This document shows positions 41,704-52,970 of a stretch of 64,000 bases of DNA, piece by piece. The position numbers and the translations under genes are program-made. The first letter of the stretch is position 1; each line of letters opens with the position of its first letter. Origin of the DNA: Takakia lepidozioides (taxonomy: Eukaryota; Plantae; Bryophyta); contig CM060732.1 of NCBI GenBank assembly GCA_030704615.1, positions 77,500,001 through 77,564,000 on the forward strand, written 5' to 3'. The notes beneath the pieces are model-generated. The model had not been told where the DNA came from, ran no database searches, and saw only the letters and a list, made by a program, of their open reading frames with translations.

Positions 41704-42483
41704 TTAGAACAACTGTTTTTGGTGATGCCCATGATGATGGCCTCCCTGACTGTTTTGTTGTTGGGCTTTGTGATATTTATTCACCTCGTGATGCTCATAG
41801 AGCGCGTATCCTCCAAGCCCAACAGCTGCAGCCTCTCCAGCTTCAGCCTCAACATGGTGTCTGTGAGCATGTGCTGGATCCATCTTTTCCTCGTGACGTT
41901 CGTACTGTTCATGGACAACAAATCCGCACACCGTAGATTCTGTTAATAGCGCGCAATAGACAATGAAAGACTGGCTTGTTACTAGTCAGCATTATTCGCT
42001 AAAAGTGATGTACATATATCATGACTCTAGGCAGCAGTTCATTCATGCATACAAATCTACAAAATTCATAAGCGATTATAACGGTTGACGAGGTGGGAAA
42101 GGAACCAGAGATCTGACCAGAGCGAAAGCTCCGGCAGCTGCAGCACCCATCTCAGCCATGTGTTCTTGCTTCTTGTACTTCTGCTCCTGCTGATGAAGCG
42201 CGCCAGACGCGTCATACCCACCCTGGTAGGTTGAGATCTCACTGGCCCCATAACCACCATAGCCATTGGAAGATTGACCTCCGTATGGAATAACCTGATT
42301 ATACCCATAGAAAGACTGGGCTGGAGCGTAAGAGCCCTCTTGTCCATACCCATAAGCAGGCGGAGCTGCTCCATAGCCGTAAGCATCCGATTGAGGAGGA
42401 GGAGCTCCATAGCCGTAACCGGGTGTTTCTTCGTATGGGCCTTGCTGCTGGTGATGCTTGTGGTGGTTGTGATGGTGAGACAT
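41704..42483 (-). CDS. ASR: ASR (abscisic stress ripening, ABA/WDS domain) protein, 2 exons (42118-42483, 41704-41904), ~188 aa
   Basis: [16 protein letters not shown]|[40 protein letters not shown] is the ABA/WDS signature with its usual intron position. His-rich N-terminus and a Tyr/Gly/Pro-rich linker. Confidence 0.92.
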
Positions 42484-42637
42484 TTCGCTCGGCCTGGTCT
42501 CGACAAACTCGCTGCTGCTTTCTTTCAACACACCCCAAAAACTCTTCTCTTTGAATCCCTTCAAATCCACTTACGTAGCTCTTGCTCTCAAATGCTTCAA
42601 GTGTACAAGGGCGACAGCTTCTCAGCTAAAGACACAC

Positions 42638-42745
42638 ACATATATATACATCACTTGACGCTGTCGATATTTCAAACAGTGACAAAGCGCACGCGCTAGA
42701 AGCGGGAAGAAACACGGTGCCTTACGCGCTACACATGTCGGCTGT
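42638..42745 (-). promoter_or_regulatory. Putative ASR promoter: TATA-like run, CGCG boxes, DRE/CRT core
   Basis: tatatata at ~42641-42648, acgcgc at 42691 and 42724, GCCGAC (minus strand) at 42737-42742. Confidence 0.45.
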
Positions 42746-44162
42746 CCAAGCATCACTAGATCTTTCACACTAAATATCTCTCCGTCACACTTACCATTCT
42801 CTGGATAGTATCTGTGGATGGTGTCAGAGATATGCAGGAAAGTTCCGTCCGGGATGTAATGCTACTGCGGATGAGTACATCTCCATACATCTCTTTCATC
42901 GAGGTGTATTCTCTTCAATACTCTAATCAATTTCATGGAAGAGGAAAAGAAGTGGGGAGAAAAGAAGGGAAGAGGGCTTGGGGGATTTCCGAAGGACCCA
43001 ATTTGAGATAACAATGGCGAGGCTTGCTTTTGCAAAGATGCGTATTTCGTAGCTCTCTTCGTCGTCGTCACAGGCACAGGGATGGCACCGTGCTACACTG
43101 CTCTGCCAAGAGTGCAGGAGGATGTTGTGCTGAAGGCGCTTTACTGTCCTTGCGGTGAAGTGGCGGGAAGCCTCACATCATGCAATAGATTATCGGGTCG
43201 GGCTGTGGAGGCGAAATGGGTATCCAGCTTGGCCAAGCCGAGCTCCAGACCCTTGCGAGTTCCAATGGTAACGATGCCTCTCCACTTCAGGGATACCGGA
43301 GAAAGGTGCAGACATGTAATAAGCCTTTTGCGTGGTTTTGGTGGTCTTTCCTGTCATGAGTTGGAGCGTCCTGAGTCTGTTCCTTCCGTGGTTGTTGAAG
43401 CATCAGCAGTTCACGTCTGCATTGTAGGATGTATTGATCTTCTTTCCTTTTCTTGCATAAGAGAGAGAGTTAGCTGGCGCTTATTCAAATTCAATCACCG
43501 TCACTGTGGGTTTCGGAGCTCTCAGGGGTATCACAGGGTTGGTCCGAGAAATGCCGCCGCAAGGTCCGAGAAGAGCACGCATTTTTAGCCATTCGTCAAT
43601 CTGTAGGGGTGGTTACTAGATATGGCTGGTTTTCCCTCTGGAGCAGTGCAGAGCAACAATTTTCAGTCACAGATAAGGGGATAGAGAAAAATTTATATTC
43701 ATGATGTGTTGGTTGGCTTTGGTTAAGCCTATACGCACTGGTGGTCCCAGAGTGAGGGTGAGGTTTCTGTCTTAAAACTGGGCCTTCACACATGCCCATG
43801 TGCTCCCACACAGCCCTCGACAATTCTGTTACGAGGAATTATGTATCGATGTGGAGTAAAAACTTCATTATAAACAACACTAGGCTGCTCTATCCCCCAA
43901 CCAGAGACGGCCATGATACTAAACTGTGATTGCAGCCATCATATGCAATTGTTAAAGGGCGGGACAGGAGAAAGAAAAAGAGAATTACATTATGGCCATC
44001 GGATGCCCTAAAGAGTGCCAATGGAACACGTTTCCACAACTGTCTGCAGAACCACATCTATACAACCATGGTGAGAGAGATTGCATGGAGAAATTTGTTC
44101 ATATTCCTCAAAAAGACTCAGACAAGTAGCAGCTGGTAAAGTTCTTTTGTATTTGCATGTAG

Positions 44163-47100
44163 GCCAAAAAACGAGCAGAGATCAGCTCTGGCACCAGTTC
44201 TTCTCAGATCCTTCACAGTGGTGGGACAACAGGTTTGATAAGGTGAGGCTATCTTCATTCAGTCAGAATGTGAGAACATGGCTTCATGACGTCATGTGGA
44301 CTGATTATATCTTCAGTTGCTTACAGCAATGACAAATTTTCAGTCTTGAAAGAACAGCAATAGCACAGCTCTTGCCCTGTAAATTTGCTGAATTGTAAAT
44401 AAACTTTAAGAAATCATAGTTCATTGTTCTTTCTTGTAAGCAGACAGTGAAGGTGAAATCTGAATGTTGTTTCGTGCTTCTTGCAACAAGCTTGTCGTTT
44501 TGGTGCTGTATATGCGATTGTTGAAGGTACAGTACTGAGCTTCCCATTGGTGGTTTTGACAGAGAAGTCCAAGAGCACCAGACTTCAGACACAAGCATTC
44601 AAAGGATGCCGTTTGGATAGAGGGTCGTTCGAAACCTCCTTGGGTGAAAACTGAGCTCGCGGAGCTGGCTCAAGGTCGAGGACATTGTGGTGATATGGGG
44701 CAGCTGAAAGACGCCCTGCACATTTTGAGCCAACAAACCATTTCAGCGGACTCTGGTACTTATTTCTGTCTACTGCAGGAGTGCATCAAAATGCGAGGCC
44801 TAGCAGATGGAAAGCAGGTGCATGCCCACATGATCAAAACTGGGTTCAAGCAAAATATCTTCCTTCTCAACACTCTTGTTAACATGTATGTCAAGTGCGG
44901 GAGCATGGTGGATGCACGCCTATTGTTTGACAAAATGTCCGAACGAGATGTTCTTACATGGACAGTAATGATGGCTGGGTATGCAAAGCATGGTTGTGAC
45001 AGAGAGTCTTTGAAGATCTATGAACAAATGATATGGGAAGGAGTAGCACCAAACAGGGTCACTTTCATCTGCGTCCTCAAGGTGTGTGGCAGGCTTAAGG
45101 CCCTGGAAATAGGCAAAAAGATCCATGCGGACATCGTCAAAGCTGGAATTGCATCATATATCAAGTTGGAGAATACCCTTGTCTACATGTATGCCAGATG
45201 CGGAAGCATGAACGATGCTCGTGAAGTGTTTAACAACATGGCTCAACGGGATGTGATCTCATGGAGTGCCATGATTGCCGGATATGCTAAGCACAGGTGT
45301 GGTAGGGAAGCTGTCGAGGTGTATGAGAAAATGATACAGGAAAGGGTCACACCCGATAAGGTGACATTCATTTCTGTTGTCAATGCCTGTGCCTGTGTAG
45401 GAGCCCTGGAAAAGGGCAAGGACGTGCACATTGACATCATCAAAGCTCGGATTGTGCCAGACATAATTCTGGAGACTGCTCTTATTGACATGTATGCCAA
45501 ATGTGGGAGCATGAAGGAAGCACATCATGTGTTCAACAATATGGCTCTACGAAATGTGATCTCATGGAGTGCAATGATCGCAGGGTATGCCAAAGATGGG
45601 TGTGGGAGGCAGGCTTTGGATATCTACGAGCAAATGATAGGGGAAGGGTTGACACCCGACCAGGTCACCTTCACTTGTGTTCTCAATGCCTGTGCCAGCC
45701 TGGCAGCCCTAGAAAAGGGCAAGGAGGTGCATGCTACCATCATCAAAGTTGGGCTTGCACCAGATATCATTATGGAGACTGCCCTTGCTGACATGTATGC
45801 CAAATGTGGGGGCATGAAGGATGCGGTGCAAGTCTTTGACAATATGGCTCAACGAACTGTGGTCTCATGGAACGTCATGATCGCAGGATATGTTCAGCAT
45901 GGATGTGGTAGGGAGGCTTTTGAAATTTATCAGCAGATGACAGAAGAGAAGGTGGACCCAAACAAGGTGACATTCAGTTGTGTTCTTAATGCATGTGCCA
46001 GCCTGGCAGACCTTCGAAAGGGAAGAGAGGTCCATACTGACATCACAAAAGCTGGAATCGCGCAAGATGTCATTCTGGACACTGCCCTTGTCGACATGTA
46101 TTGCAAATGTGGGAGCACAAAGGATGCACGTCAAGTGTTTGACAATATGGCTCAAGGAAATGTGGTTTCATGGAGCGCCATGATCGCAGGATATGCTCAG
46201 AATCTGTGTGGGAGGGAGGCTTTGGAGATGTTTGAGCAAATGAGACGGGAAGGCATAACACCTAACAAGGTCACGTTCATTTCTGTTCTCAATGCTTGTG
46301 CCAGCCTGGCAGCCCTGGAAAAGGGCGTAGAGGTCCATGGTGACATCATCAAAGAAGGAATTGCACCAGATGTCATTCTGGAGAATAGCCTTGTTGACAT
46401 GTATGCAAAATGCGGGAGCGTGAAGGATGCACGTCAAGTGCTCAACAATATGTCTCAACGAGATGTGGTTTCATGGAACGGAATGATCGCAGGATACGCC
46501 CAGCATGGGTTTGGTACTGAAGCCCTGCAAGCGTTTGTAGAAATGCAAGAGGAAAGATTGGAGCCAGACTGTATTACTTTTATATGTGTTCTCTCTGCAT
46601 GTAGCCATGCTGGCCTTGTGGATGAAGGCCGTCACTTCTTTGATTCAATGAGTCGAGATCATGGCCTCACTCCTACAGTTGAGCATTATGCCTGCATCGT
46701 GGACCTTCTTGGCCGTGCAGGGCGATTGGCTGAGGCTGAGGTCTTCATTAACAAAATGCCAATTGAACCAGGTGCTTCAGTGTGGGGGGCCTTGCTTGGT
46801 GCTTGCACAATTCATGGGGATGTGGAGGTAGCAGAACGTGTGGCGAAATGCCTTCTTAAGTTAAACCCAGAGGAGGCTGCAACTTATGTGCTGCTATCAA
46901 ACATCTATGCTGCAGCTGGCAGGTGGGACGATACTGCAAAGGTGAGAAAACTGATGCAGGACAGAGGTATCAGAAAGGAACCAGGGTTCAGCTGCATTGA
47001 GGTGGGCGACCGGGAGCATAAATTCGTTGTAGATGACAGATTACATCCACAAATTGAGGAAATCCATGCTGAGTTGAATAGATTGTCTGAATGTATGAAG

Positions 47101-47388
47101 GATGGCGGGTATGTGCCTGACACTCGCTTTGTATTGCATGATGTGGAGGAGGAGCTAAAGGAATTTTCTCTCTGCCACCATAGTGAGAAGCTAGCCATTG
47201 CTTTTGGGCTCATTAGCACACCCCCTGGCACAACTCTCCGTGTGATCAAGAATCTTCGGGTGTGTGGTGACTGCCACATTGCCACCAAACTTATTTCAAA
47301 GATTGTAGGGCGCACTATTGTTGTACGGGATGCCAACCGCTTTCACCACTTTGAAAATGGGGTTTGTTCTTGTGGGGACTACTGGTGA
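44163..47388 (+). CDS. PLS-E1-E2-DYW PPR protein (organellar C-to-U editing factor) with an N-terminal OSB-type PDF motif; exons 44163-44242 and 44563-47388; further 5' exon(s) probably from ATG 43082
   Basis: About 20 PPR motifs in regular L-S-P triplets, PG box (PGFSCIE), HSEKLA..CGDCH zinc site, ends CSCGDYW. The upstream exon splices in frame (..DK|RSPRAPDF..); 44563 is exactly 27 codons before 44644. Confidence 0.93.
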
Positions 47389-49785
47389 AAAGATGTTTTT
47401 CTGGAAAGGTGCGAGTATCTTGCCTCGTTCATTGATCTGTGGAGCTACTCGGTTCAACCACCATTTCCTGAGAATATTGACCATGATGCACTGTTGAGGG
47501 CATTTCCTGTGGCATATTCACAGGAAATGATAGTGGGGTCTACCCAGCATAGGTGCGAAGGTAGGCCAATATGCACTTGACTGAAGGAGGGATTTTTTAC
47601 TGACTCTGGTGATAGCGGAAGGAAACCAGAGTGTGGTCCCAATTCTGGTGTGGGTGGGTAGTGGAGCTTCTAGCTCCGCAGGCCCCTGGAGTGGGTGGCC
47701 TGGGACTTAGCCGATTAACCTTATTTGGCACTTCGGATGACAGCAGATTTTGCACGGAACAGTAGCCCGAAGGATACCCACAGTTCCATGGGACTCCAAA
47801 GAGGAGAGCAAGGAACATCCAGTATCTCAATACACATTGACAATGCCTCCTTGTACAGATGCTTTGTGCCAACACCTCATTGCCTCACACCTGCGTAGAC
47901 AGTTGAGCTTAATGCACCTGTACGCGCCACGGCTGAGCTGCCACATGGGTTTTGACATCCTCCTCAAATCGATCAACCAGAGTCTTTCCACATTGAGACT
48001 CCACATCACCATGTCATTATACCTGGCCTGAAATTTCCCAAGAGCTACAGCTCCACGAATTTGTAGAAGAGTCAAAGACAAAAACAGGGGTGCATGAGGC
48101 TCACTCCAAGTATAGAACCCTTGAACAAAAATCTAGATCTCCATCAAAGAACATACATGTCCTAATGGGTTCTACAAAACTGCAATTCGCTAGAGGCAGC
48201 CTTTGCCACCGTGACCAGCTGAACAGATTAATCACAACAAACACATTAACAACCCCCTCCATCAATCAAACCAAATCTCCTCCAGATGTGACCACCGTGA
48301 CCAAAATAAATGAAGCTCACGGACAAGAAAGTTCCCAATAAACAATTTGCCATGCACATTGCTGCGGATTGTATGCACAATAATATTGTCTTCGGTACTA
48401 ATTGAGCTAGTCCATAATATGATCTAGTGATGGTACCTGTTCAATGTTTCCATTTTTTAGTGCAGGCTATTTAGGTACTAAATAGTAAGTTGGAGGCGGG
48501 AGAGGCCACACAGCCATCCCCCTCATTTGTATATCCTCTCCAGGGCGGTGGTCGCTCCCACCATATCTATTTCCTTGACCTTCAAAACCCCCCCAAACAA
48601 TTCTTGTGTACTTATGGTCTTTCAAGCAAGAGAGATTAACGAGGAAAGCCCTATTGAAAGGGGTTGATGGAGGTCTTTAGACAGCTCAACTAGGACAGTA
48701 TAAGGGTACTCCATCTCCAGGACAAACAGAGCATTTGTAGAAGGTCAATTGCTAGTAAACTTTTGCTAATTGAGAAATGTCCTACTCATTTCTCATATGG
48801 CTTGGCAGATTTTTGGGCAATGAACCATGTTATTATTGCCTCTTGAAGGAAGCATTAAGTAAAGTATGACACCCCAAAAGAAGCGTACATTATGTTGCCT
48901 CTTCAACTACTGTCTTCCATTGGAAAGTGGACAATTTGCACTCTACATCACCTAGGTTATGCAGAGGCAAGGCACCAACTCCCAACCACTAAGATACTTG
49001 CCCTCGTGCTAATATATAACTAAGATAAGGTGCAAACTTGGTTGTAGGTGGGCATTGTTTGATTCAAAATTTTAAGCAGTTCTTGGACCGACTAGTGAGA
49101 GTAGGCCCAATGGTTAGAGCATGCCCAGCAAGAGGCTCACTGAACTGCCGCGCTATCGCTATGCTCGCGAGGCGTATGGTGAGGCAGGCAACCTAGATAG
49201 CGCGTCGGCTGGCAAGAGCCCCAGCGGGCAACGCACCCTTACCAAAGGGGAGTAATGGCGCAGGCTGAGGTGACCGTGGGCCCCGCCACCTGCCCCGCCA
49301 CTCGTCGAAATCTGTGAGGCCCAGTGGTAGATAGCGGGGGAGAATGCCACGCTCCAAAACTCGTGTAGATACCACGGGAGTGCGTGAGGGTCACCATTTT
49401 GAAGCGTGTGAAGTGTTGTTGGGGACGCGCGATTTCGGCGGCCGCGCTATTTTGATGATTGCGCGCCAGATAGCTTAGGGCTACAAATGGTTGTGGGTTC
49501 AAAACCAGTAAGCAGGGACATTGAATGTCACCCATTATAGCTAACTCAAGTAAGAGGTATCGGGTCAGTCGATAATAATATTTTGAAATTCGCTGTTTTT
49601 CTAACAGTCTTACGAGTTTTTAAGTTACTCAACAGCAATTTATCTTTTTTCTAGAACTCCGTCTCATTTAGTCCGGCCATCCTTTTCATAACTGGGTTGG
49701 CTAAAAATGCGGACGCATTGCCGAAGCAAGCGTAAATTATGGTGTCACTTGACCTCGCTTTCCATTTACTGGGAAGGATGTCACC

Positions 49786-51200
49786 TATTGTAGCATTTCT
49801 AGTTGGCGGGAAATGTCAGTACTGTGCTATTTGAAAGAGGACCAAGCTGTGTGCGATTACTCAAGAATCCTAACCGTTAGGGCAAGCAAGAACCCCAATA
49901 GCACCTAGCTTATAGTCAGGCTAAGACGTCCGTCTCCCACACTTGTGCAGTGTGCTTTTAGGGCGTGTTGTCAAAGCTTATGAGAGCTTTGTGTCTAGAG
50001 AACTTTGTTGCACTTCATGGTGCCAATGTTTGGTACATTGTGAGAAGTGATTCGTTGTAATACAATATGCTTGCTAAAGATACCGTGTGTAAGTGTGTGC
50101 TGCCTGCTAGGAATGCTTTATACTCCAATAGGTTATGGGTCCTAGCACGTCTTCATTATTGCGCCGTAGCTTATTCTATCTTTATTTGCTTCAAGCGTGT
50201 AAACTGCAGAGGTCGTTTCTGCTGTTAAATATATTCTTTGTTCAAAAGTCATCCATATTGTCGTATCTCCAGATACTCTCTTTGATGTCGTAACTGCAGA
50301 CGGTCGTTTCTGCGTTCTTTCTTAGGTCCTACGTCATGGGTGACAATGCTAGGGATCTGGGAAACATAAATAGGTATAACGGTGAGAACTTCCATATGTG
50401 GAAGTTTCAAATGCGTGCGGTGTTCTACGGGGAAGATTTGATGAGCATAGTCGATGGCTCTGAGCCAAATCCATCCGCCACTGCTGAAGCTGCTCAACGA
50501 GCAGACTGGAAGAAGCGTGACAATCAGGCTATCAACCTGTTATGTTCCTCTGTAGATAAGGCATATCTAAAGAATATCATGTCTTGCACTACTTCCAAGG
50601 CAATCTGGGATAAGTTGACGCTCCTGCATGAGCAAAACTTGTCTGAGAACGTTCATTCCCTACAGCAGAGTTTCTTTAAGTGTGAGCTTCGAGACAGTGA
50701 GGGTATTGCTAGTTTTCTTGGTCAGCTAGAGATCCTTACTACTAAGTTAGCAGCTCGTGGTAACACTGCTTTTAATGACGATGCGGTCATAGCTAAGATT
50801 CTAGCTGCTAAGTTGCTTTCTGGCTATGACAGTCTTCTTTCGGCCTAGGAAGTCACTCCCGTAGTAGAAAGAACCTTTGACACCCTCACTATGAGATTGT
50901 TGACAGTTGAGTCTAGACTCAAGTAGTGAAACACTGCTGAAATCTCCTCCACGGCTACATACGTAGCAGTGGCAGCTTCATCCGCTTCATCCGGTTCTGG
51001 TAGTAACCTAGACTCCTCTTCTACATCGGATGGGGCATCCAAGTATACCAAAGAGGAGAGAGCCCGGCGTCGTAGAGAAGTAGATGGTCTCATTCTTCAT
51101 ACCAGCGATCACAAGTTTTGTGAAGGATGCGTCTATCATAATAATGATAGTGTTAAGCAGCACCGAATAGCATTCCACTTGGACGATCCTCGACAGAAGA
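49786..51200 (+). mobile_element. Truncated Ty1/copia element: LTR 49786-50130, PBS, gag with internal stops
   Basis: LTR ends TATTG..CAATA, PBS GGTTATGGGTCCTAG at 50131-50145. Gag reads YNGENFHMWKFQM..W.KRDNQA..IWDKL, then a GAG-pre-integrase remnant FCEGCV. Confidence 0.85.
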
Positions 51201-51419
51201 CGACAGCCCCAGGTGATCTCATCCACACTCTAATTCTTCACACTTGTACGTTGTCTCGAACTTTATCTTTGTTGGAGGTTGTTTCGAGTTTCAATTTTCT
51301 TCAACTTGTTTTTGAGTTTACATTTTATTGGATGTTATTGTATTTCCATTTCTTTCGTTTGTTTCTTCTGTTCAAGTTATCTGAAGTTTCTTTAAGGGAG
51401 CACGTTGGGGGGGGGGGTT

Positions 51420-51845
51420 TTCTTGTAATGGCCAACGATATTCTGGCCAAGGGTATTGTCCCAAGGGGTTATTGCTTTTATATTCAAAAAATGGGAAAGA
51501 GATCTAATCTCAAATTACAGGCCTATAACTCTTCTAAATTCTACCTACAAGATCATCGCTAAGTCTCTAACTACGAGGCTGCAGTCTTTTCTACAAAAAA
51601 TGGTTTGTCCTGAACAGACTGGTTTCATGAAGAATAGGCTAATTCGAGATAACATTCTTCTCGCAATCGAGGCCTTGCACCATGTTTTTGACCTAGCCTT
51701 GCTTATGCTGGATTTCAAAAAAGCATTTGACAACGTTATTACTTAACTAGACCTCCTTTCTTCTGGGTGTTATGACCAAATTTCGGATTTGCTGGTTCCT
51801 TCCTGTCTTGGGTTCAAATTCTCCTATCTTCGGGTTCGAGCAAAG
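51420..51845 (+). mobile_element. L1/Tx1-type LINE reverse transcriptase fragment
   Basis: NYRPITLLNSTYKIIAK..QTGF..RLIRDNI..LDFKKAFDNV. Confidence 0.85.
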
Positions 51846-51989
51846 GTGGCGTGCTAGATTGTGAGCAGGTCACGTGAGCAGAAAACACTGTGAGCAGAAA
51901 ATACTGTGAGCAGAATTCTACTCACGTTCCTCGGAAAGGTTTCGTCTGCAGCAATCTCACAAGACGATTCCTTCTCGGCATATCAGCTT

Positions 51990-52480
51990 TTCTACCCATG
52001 GTGACACAATGGTTTTTGTTGGCAGAAAAGTTGATGTATTGAGTAGAAATCACAACTTGGGAAGTGTGCACGTAAGCTGTGGCATCCTGTGGATGCCTTT
52101 CTAGAAAGGCTTTATGCACAACGTTGTGCTAACCCCACTTTCCATGTAGTCTGCAGGCACGAAGCAAGGCCCCCCCACACTAACATGTATGGGTCCATTG
52201 GCAGTTTGGCAATCAAATCGCCTACCTCATCTAATATCCCCGGGCGGCCAAGAACCTCCACCATGACCAGTAATCCCACATGACTGCAAGCAGAGATAAG
52301 TGGAATAAATGTGATATTGTCTAATGTATGATGCAATTCCTACTTTGATGAGATGAGCATGGACTTGTTTGCCCTTCCCCAGGTATCCAAGGTTGGCACA
52401 TACATTGACTCCGCTAATGAAAGTGACCATGATCGTTCGCACCCCTTTCTGTGACCTTCCTATGTTGCATCATGTGTTCC
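51990..52480 (-). pseudogene. Degenerate PLS-E PPR fragment
   Basis: VTFISGVNVCANLGYLGKGKQVHAHLIKVGIAS and ITFIPLISACSHVGL..LGRPG..MDPYMLVWGGL in different frames, with internal deletions. Confidence 0.75.
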
Positions 52481-52970
52481 ATCTCCACTAAGTGAATTTG
52501 CTCAACCACATCACAGAGAGTCATCGCAATGGTATGTCTGAATGGTTACTTGAATGTTCGGACAAGAGCCTTTGATGCTCATTGCATTGTCTGTGTCTAT
52601 CTCGCTTCAACCACTGATTTGTTTTTGCACCCTACTTGTTTCCTTGTCATCCGCGGTATTAGGTGCTCAGTACAACTTCAATCCGCGGTTATAGGCCCCC
52701 AGCTGTGATCATTCATTCGTGAGCAGAAAAGTGCTCACGACTTCTCATGCTCACGTTCTAGCATCTCCCACTCAAAACGGCCATAAGTTCATCTGTTAGG
52801 GAGAATATGTGATTAGAAGAATGTGGCCCATCAGACCCTACTCATCGAGGGTTTTACACGCGTATCAAGACCTTGCCGCAGACATTGCAGTTTGCGAGAT
52901 CTCAACGATGCTATGAACAAATCAAAACAAACTACCAAACTTAATGTATTGATGGTGGATGTCATGAAAC

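Noticed and set aside
43082-44070. Exact 5' exon structure of the PPR gene, or a separate 168-aa gene
   Set aside because: Plausibly transit-peptide exons (possible donors at 43267 and 44070), but the phase-compatible acceptor is weak, so this cannot be resolved without transcripts.
44920-47336. Repetitive antisense ORFs over the PPR gene, and the many short ORFs opposite VPS13/INO80 exons
   Set aside because: Shadow frames of real coding sequence with no independent protein signatures.
49130-49480. GC-rich patch with repeated GATAGCG/CGCTAT motifs
   Set aside because: Possibly a transposon end, but no partner terminus, TSD or coding signal could be identified.
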